Assembly: GCA_027593235.1 (NCBI GenBank)
Contig: JAQCIU010000038.1
Coordinates: 1 to 30,194, forward strand
Length of the DNA stretch: 30,194 nucleotides
Direction: 5' to 3'
From: Chloroflexota bacterium
GTDB lineage: Bacteria; Chloroflexota; Dehalococcoidia; UBA2979
Shown piece after piece: positions 27,636-30,194 of the stretch. The number at the start of each line of letters is the position of its first letter. Within the stretch, counting starts at the first letter, position 1. Both the position numbers and the translations under genes were made by a program. The notes beneath the pieces were generated by a model. The model searched no databases. It was given only the letters and a program-made list of their open reading frames with translations, and was not told the origin of the DNA.

Positions 27636-30161
27636 GTGACACTTCAGACAACCACCAAGCACACCTACCCGGCGGACAGCCAGGTGTTTTCAACCGAGAT
27701 CGAAGGACAGGCCTTCGAAATTTCGAGCGGCCGGCTGGCCCCCAACGCGGCGGCCGCCTGCACCATTCGCTACGGCGACACGATGCTGCTGGTCACGGTT
27801 TGCCACGGCGAACCGCGAGCCGGCATCGACTTCTTCCCACTGACCGTTGACTTTGAGGAGCGGATGTACGCGATCGGGAAGATTCCCGGTTCGTTCTTCC
27901 GCCGTGAGGGCCGGCCGGGCACGGACGCGACGCTGGCGGCGCGCATGACGGACCGCCCGATTCGCCCGCTGTTCCCGAAGGGGTTCAAGCGCGAGGTGCA
28001 GGTGGTCTGCACGCTGCTGACGTCCGACCGCGAGCAGCCGGCCGACGTACTGGGGACGATCGGCGCCTCGGTCGTGGTCAACATGTCGTCGCTGCCGTTC
28101 GAGGGCCCGGTGTCCTCGGTGCGAGTGGCGCGCGTGGACGGCGAGTTCAAGGCCTTCCCGACGTACGCGGAGATCGCGGCTTCGGACATCGACCTGATCG
28201 TCGCGGGGACCGAGGACTCGGTCGTGATGCTCGAGGCCGGGGCCAAGCAGGTTCCGGAAGAAGAGGTCATTGAGGCGATCAAGTACGCCGAGGGCGTGAT
28301 TGCCCAGGTGAACAAGCTGCAGCGCGAGGTTATCGCCGCGCTGGGCCAGGAGAAGATGGAGTTCGTGCCGCCGGCACCGACCGACCCGGCACTGGTCTCG
28401 ATGATCGAGAAGGCGCTCGACGGCCGCGGCCAGGAGATGCTGGACGCGATCAGCGGCGAGGGCTTCCGCGGCGTGGACGAGCTGGGCGCGCTGGTCTACG
28501 GCGAGCTGACGGCGAACCTTCCGGCCGGCGAAGAGTTCGGCTACGACCAGCGGCTGGTGCGGAACACCGTGGAGACGCAGCTCAAGGCCTTCGTGCGCAC
28601 GCGCGTGCTGGAAGAGGACCTGCGTGCAGACGACCGCCACCCGGGCGACCTGCGCGAGATTCGCTCCGAGGTCGGGGTGCTGCCGCGGGTACACGGCAGC
28701 GGCCTGTTCCAGCGCGGCGAGACGCAGGTGCTGAGCGTTGCGACGCTGGGCGCACTACGCGACCGTGCGCGGCTCGACCGGATTGCTCCGGGCGAGTGGC
28801 AGTACTACATGCACCACTACAACTTCCCGCCGTTCTCGGTGGGTGAGGCGCGCTTCATGCGCGGCCCGGGCCGCCGCGAAATCGGCCACGGGATGCTGGC
28901 GCAGCGGGCAATTGAGCCGGTGCTGCCGGACTTCAACGAGTTCCCGTACACGATCCGCGTGGTCTCGGACGTGCTGGCCTCGAACGGTTCGACCTCGCAG
29001 GGGTCGGTCTGTGGTTCGACGCTGGCGCTGATGGACGCCGGGGTGCCGATCAAGGCGCCGGTGGCGGGGATCGCGATGGGGCTGATGTCCACGCCGGACG
29101 CCAGCAAGTACAAGATCCTGACCGACATCGCCGGCATCGAAGACGCGTTCGGCGACATGGACTTCAAGGTCGCGGGCACGCAGCGCGGCGTGACGGCGGT
29201 CCAGTTGGACATCAAGCTGCCGCAGCTTCCCTCCGACTTCATGCACCAGGTGTTCGAGCAGGCGCGCATCGCGCGGCTCGCGATCCTGGATGTGATGGCG
29301 GAGGCGATTGAGGAGCCTCGCGAAGAGGTTGGTCAGTTCGCGCCGAAGATCAGCATCGTGAAGATCGACCCGAGCAAGATCGGTGCGGTGATTGGCCCCG
29401 GTGGCCGCGTGATCAACGCGATCATCGAACGGACGGGCGCGGCGATCGACATCGAGGAGGACGGTTCGGTCTTCATCGGTGCGACGGACGCCGAGTCCGT
29501 GCGGCGAGCAATCGCCGAGGTCGAGGGTCTGACCAAGGAGATCGAGGTCGGCCAGGAGTTCGAGGGACCGGTCGTGCGCCTGATGGCGTTCGGCGCGTTC
29601 GTCGAGATTCTGCCCGGCAAGGACGGCCTGGTGCACATCTCCGAGATGGCCGAGGGCCACGTTGACCGCGTCGAGGACGTGGTCAACGTTGGCGACCGGG
29701 TCCAGGTGAAGGTGATCGAGATCGACAACCTTGGGCGGATCAACCTCTCGATGCGAGAGGCCGGCCAGGGCGGCGATGGGCGCGTCGGGTTGTCCGACGA
29801 GCAGGCGAGTGACGACAGCCCGCGTCGCCGCGACGAAGGTCGCAGCGGCGGTGGCGGTGGTGGTGGCCGAGATCGCGGTGGTCGTGACGACCGCCCACGC
29901 GGTCCGCGTCGTGATGACGGACCACGTGGCGGCGGCGATGACCGTCCCCGCAGCGGCGGTGGCGATGACCGTCCTCGCAGCGGCGGTGGCGATGACCGTC
30001 CCCGCAGCGGTGGTGGCGATGACCGTCCCCGCAGCGGCGGCGGCGACGACCGTCCCCGCAGCAGCGGTGGCGACGACCGCCCGCGGCGACGCCCGAGTGG
30101 CGGCGGCGGTGGTGGTGAGCGCAGCGGCGGCGGCGACTCCGGCGGCGGACGCCGCTGGTAG
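27636..30161 (+). CDS. pnp: Polyribonucleotide nucleotidyltransferase with long disordered C-terminal tail
   Basis: DFFPLTVDF, FFRREGRP, DRPIRPLFP, HGSGLFQRGETQ, RREIGHG, GDMDFKVAGT, KH (IGPGG) and S1 (DGLVHISE) domains; GTG 27636 inferred. Confidence 0.97.
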   Translation: MTLQTTTKHTYPADSQVFSTEIEGQAFEISSGRLAPNAAAACTIRYGDTMLLVTVCHGEPRAGIDFFPLTVDFEERMYAIGKIPGSFFRREGRPGTDATLAARMTDRPIRPLFPKGFKREVQVVCTLLTSDREQPADVLGTIGASVVVNMSSLPFEGPVSSVRVARVDGEFKAFPTYAEIAASDIDLIVAGTEDSVVMLEAGAKQVPEEEVIEAIKYAEGVIAQVNKLQREVIAALGQEKMEFVPPAPTDPALVSMIEKALDGRGQEMLDAISGEGFRGVDELGALVYGELTANLPAGEEFGYDQRLVRNTVETQLKAFVRTRVLEEDLRADDRHPGDLREIRSEVGVLPRVHGSGLFQRGETQVLSVATLGALRDRARLDRIAPGEWQYYMHHYNFPPFSVGEARFMRGPGRREIGHGMLAQRAIEPVLPDFNEFPYTIRVVSDVLASNGSTSQGSVCGSTLALMDAGVPIKAPVAGIAMGLMSTPDASKYKILTDIAGIEDAFGDMDFKVAGTQRGVTAVQLDIKLPQLPSDFMHQVFEQARIARLAILDVMAEAIEEPREEVGQFAPKISIVKIDPSKIGAVIGPGGRVINAIIERTGAAIDIEEDGSVFIGATDAESVRRAIAEVEGLTKEIEVGQEFEGPVVRLMAFGAFVEILPGKDGLVHISEMAEGHVDRVEDVVNVGDRVQVKVIEIDNLGRINLSMREAGQGGDGRVGLSDEQASDDSPRRRDEGRSGGGGGGGRDRGGRDDRPRGPRRDDGPRGGGDDRPRSGGGDDRPRSGGGDDRPRSGGGDDRPRSGGGDDRPRSSGGDDRPRRRPSGGGGGGERSGGGDSGGGRRW
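29937..30086 (+). repeat. In-frame 27-bp tandem repeat (about 5.5 copies) encoding DDRPRSGGG
   Basis: Units start at 29937, 29964, 29991, 30018 and 30045, with a partial unit at 30072. Confidence 0.95.
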
Positions 30162-30194
30162 CGGCCGGATTACAGACGATGAGGTTCGGCGGGG

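Overview
A high-GC bacterial core-genome window centred on dnaA. The run dnaA-(insert)-obgE-nadD, with gyrB nearby and no dnaN, resembles the origin-region gene order I recall from Dehalococcoides, so Chloroflexota/Dehalococcoidia is a reasonable but unverified guess. It holds about 29 CDSs: murT-gatD, a histidine phosphatase, an MBL hydrolase, tatA, two xdhC-family genes, ychF, a serine hydrolase, an EndoIII-like glycosylase, a tsaA/trmO-like gene, gyrB, a hypothetical protein, a frameshifted secreted SLT-like protein, a SAM methyltransferase, nadD, obgE, mmgE/prpD, dnaA, coaX, coaBC, a HAD nucleotidase, a VOC protein, pepA, a PAP2 protein, a degV-like gene, rpsO and pnp. The best non-coding signals are a ~176-nt rod-shaped 6S-like RNA antisense between the xdhC genes, three ~99-bp structured tandem repeats, a candidate oriC (DnaA box plus variant DnaA-trios) separated from dnaA by a metabolic gene and with no apparent GC-skew switch, and a structured rpsO leader. 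No transposase, integrase, tRNA, rRNA or CRISPR array was seen. All folds and counts were done by eye, and no database searches were run.
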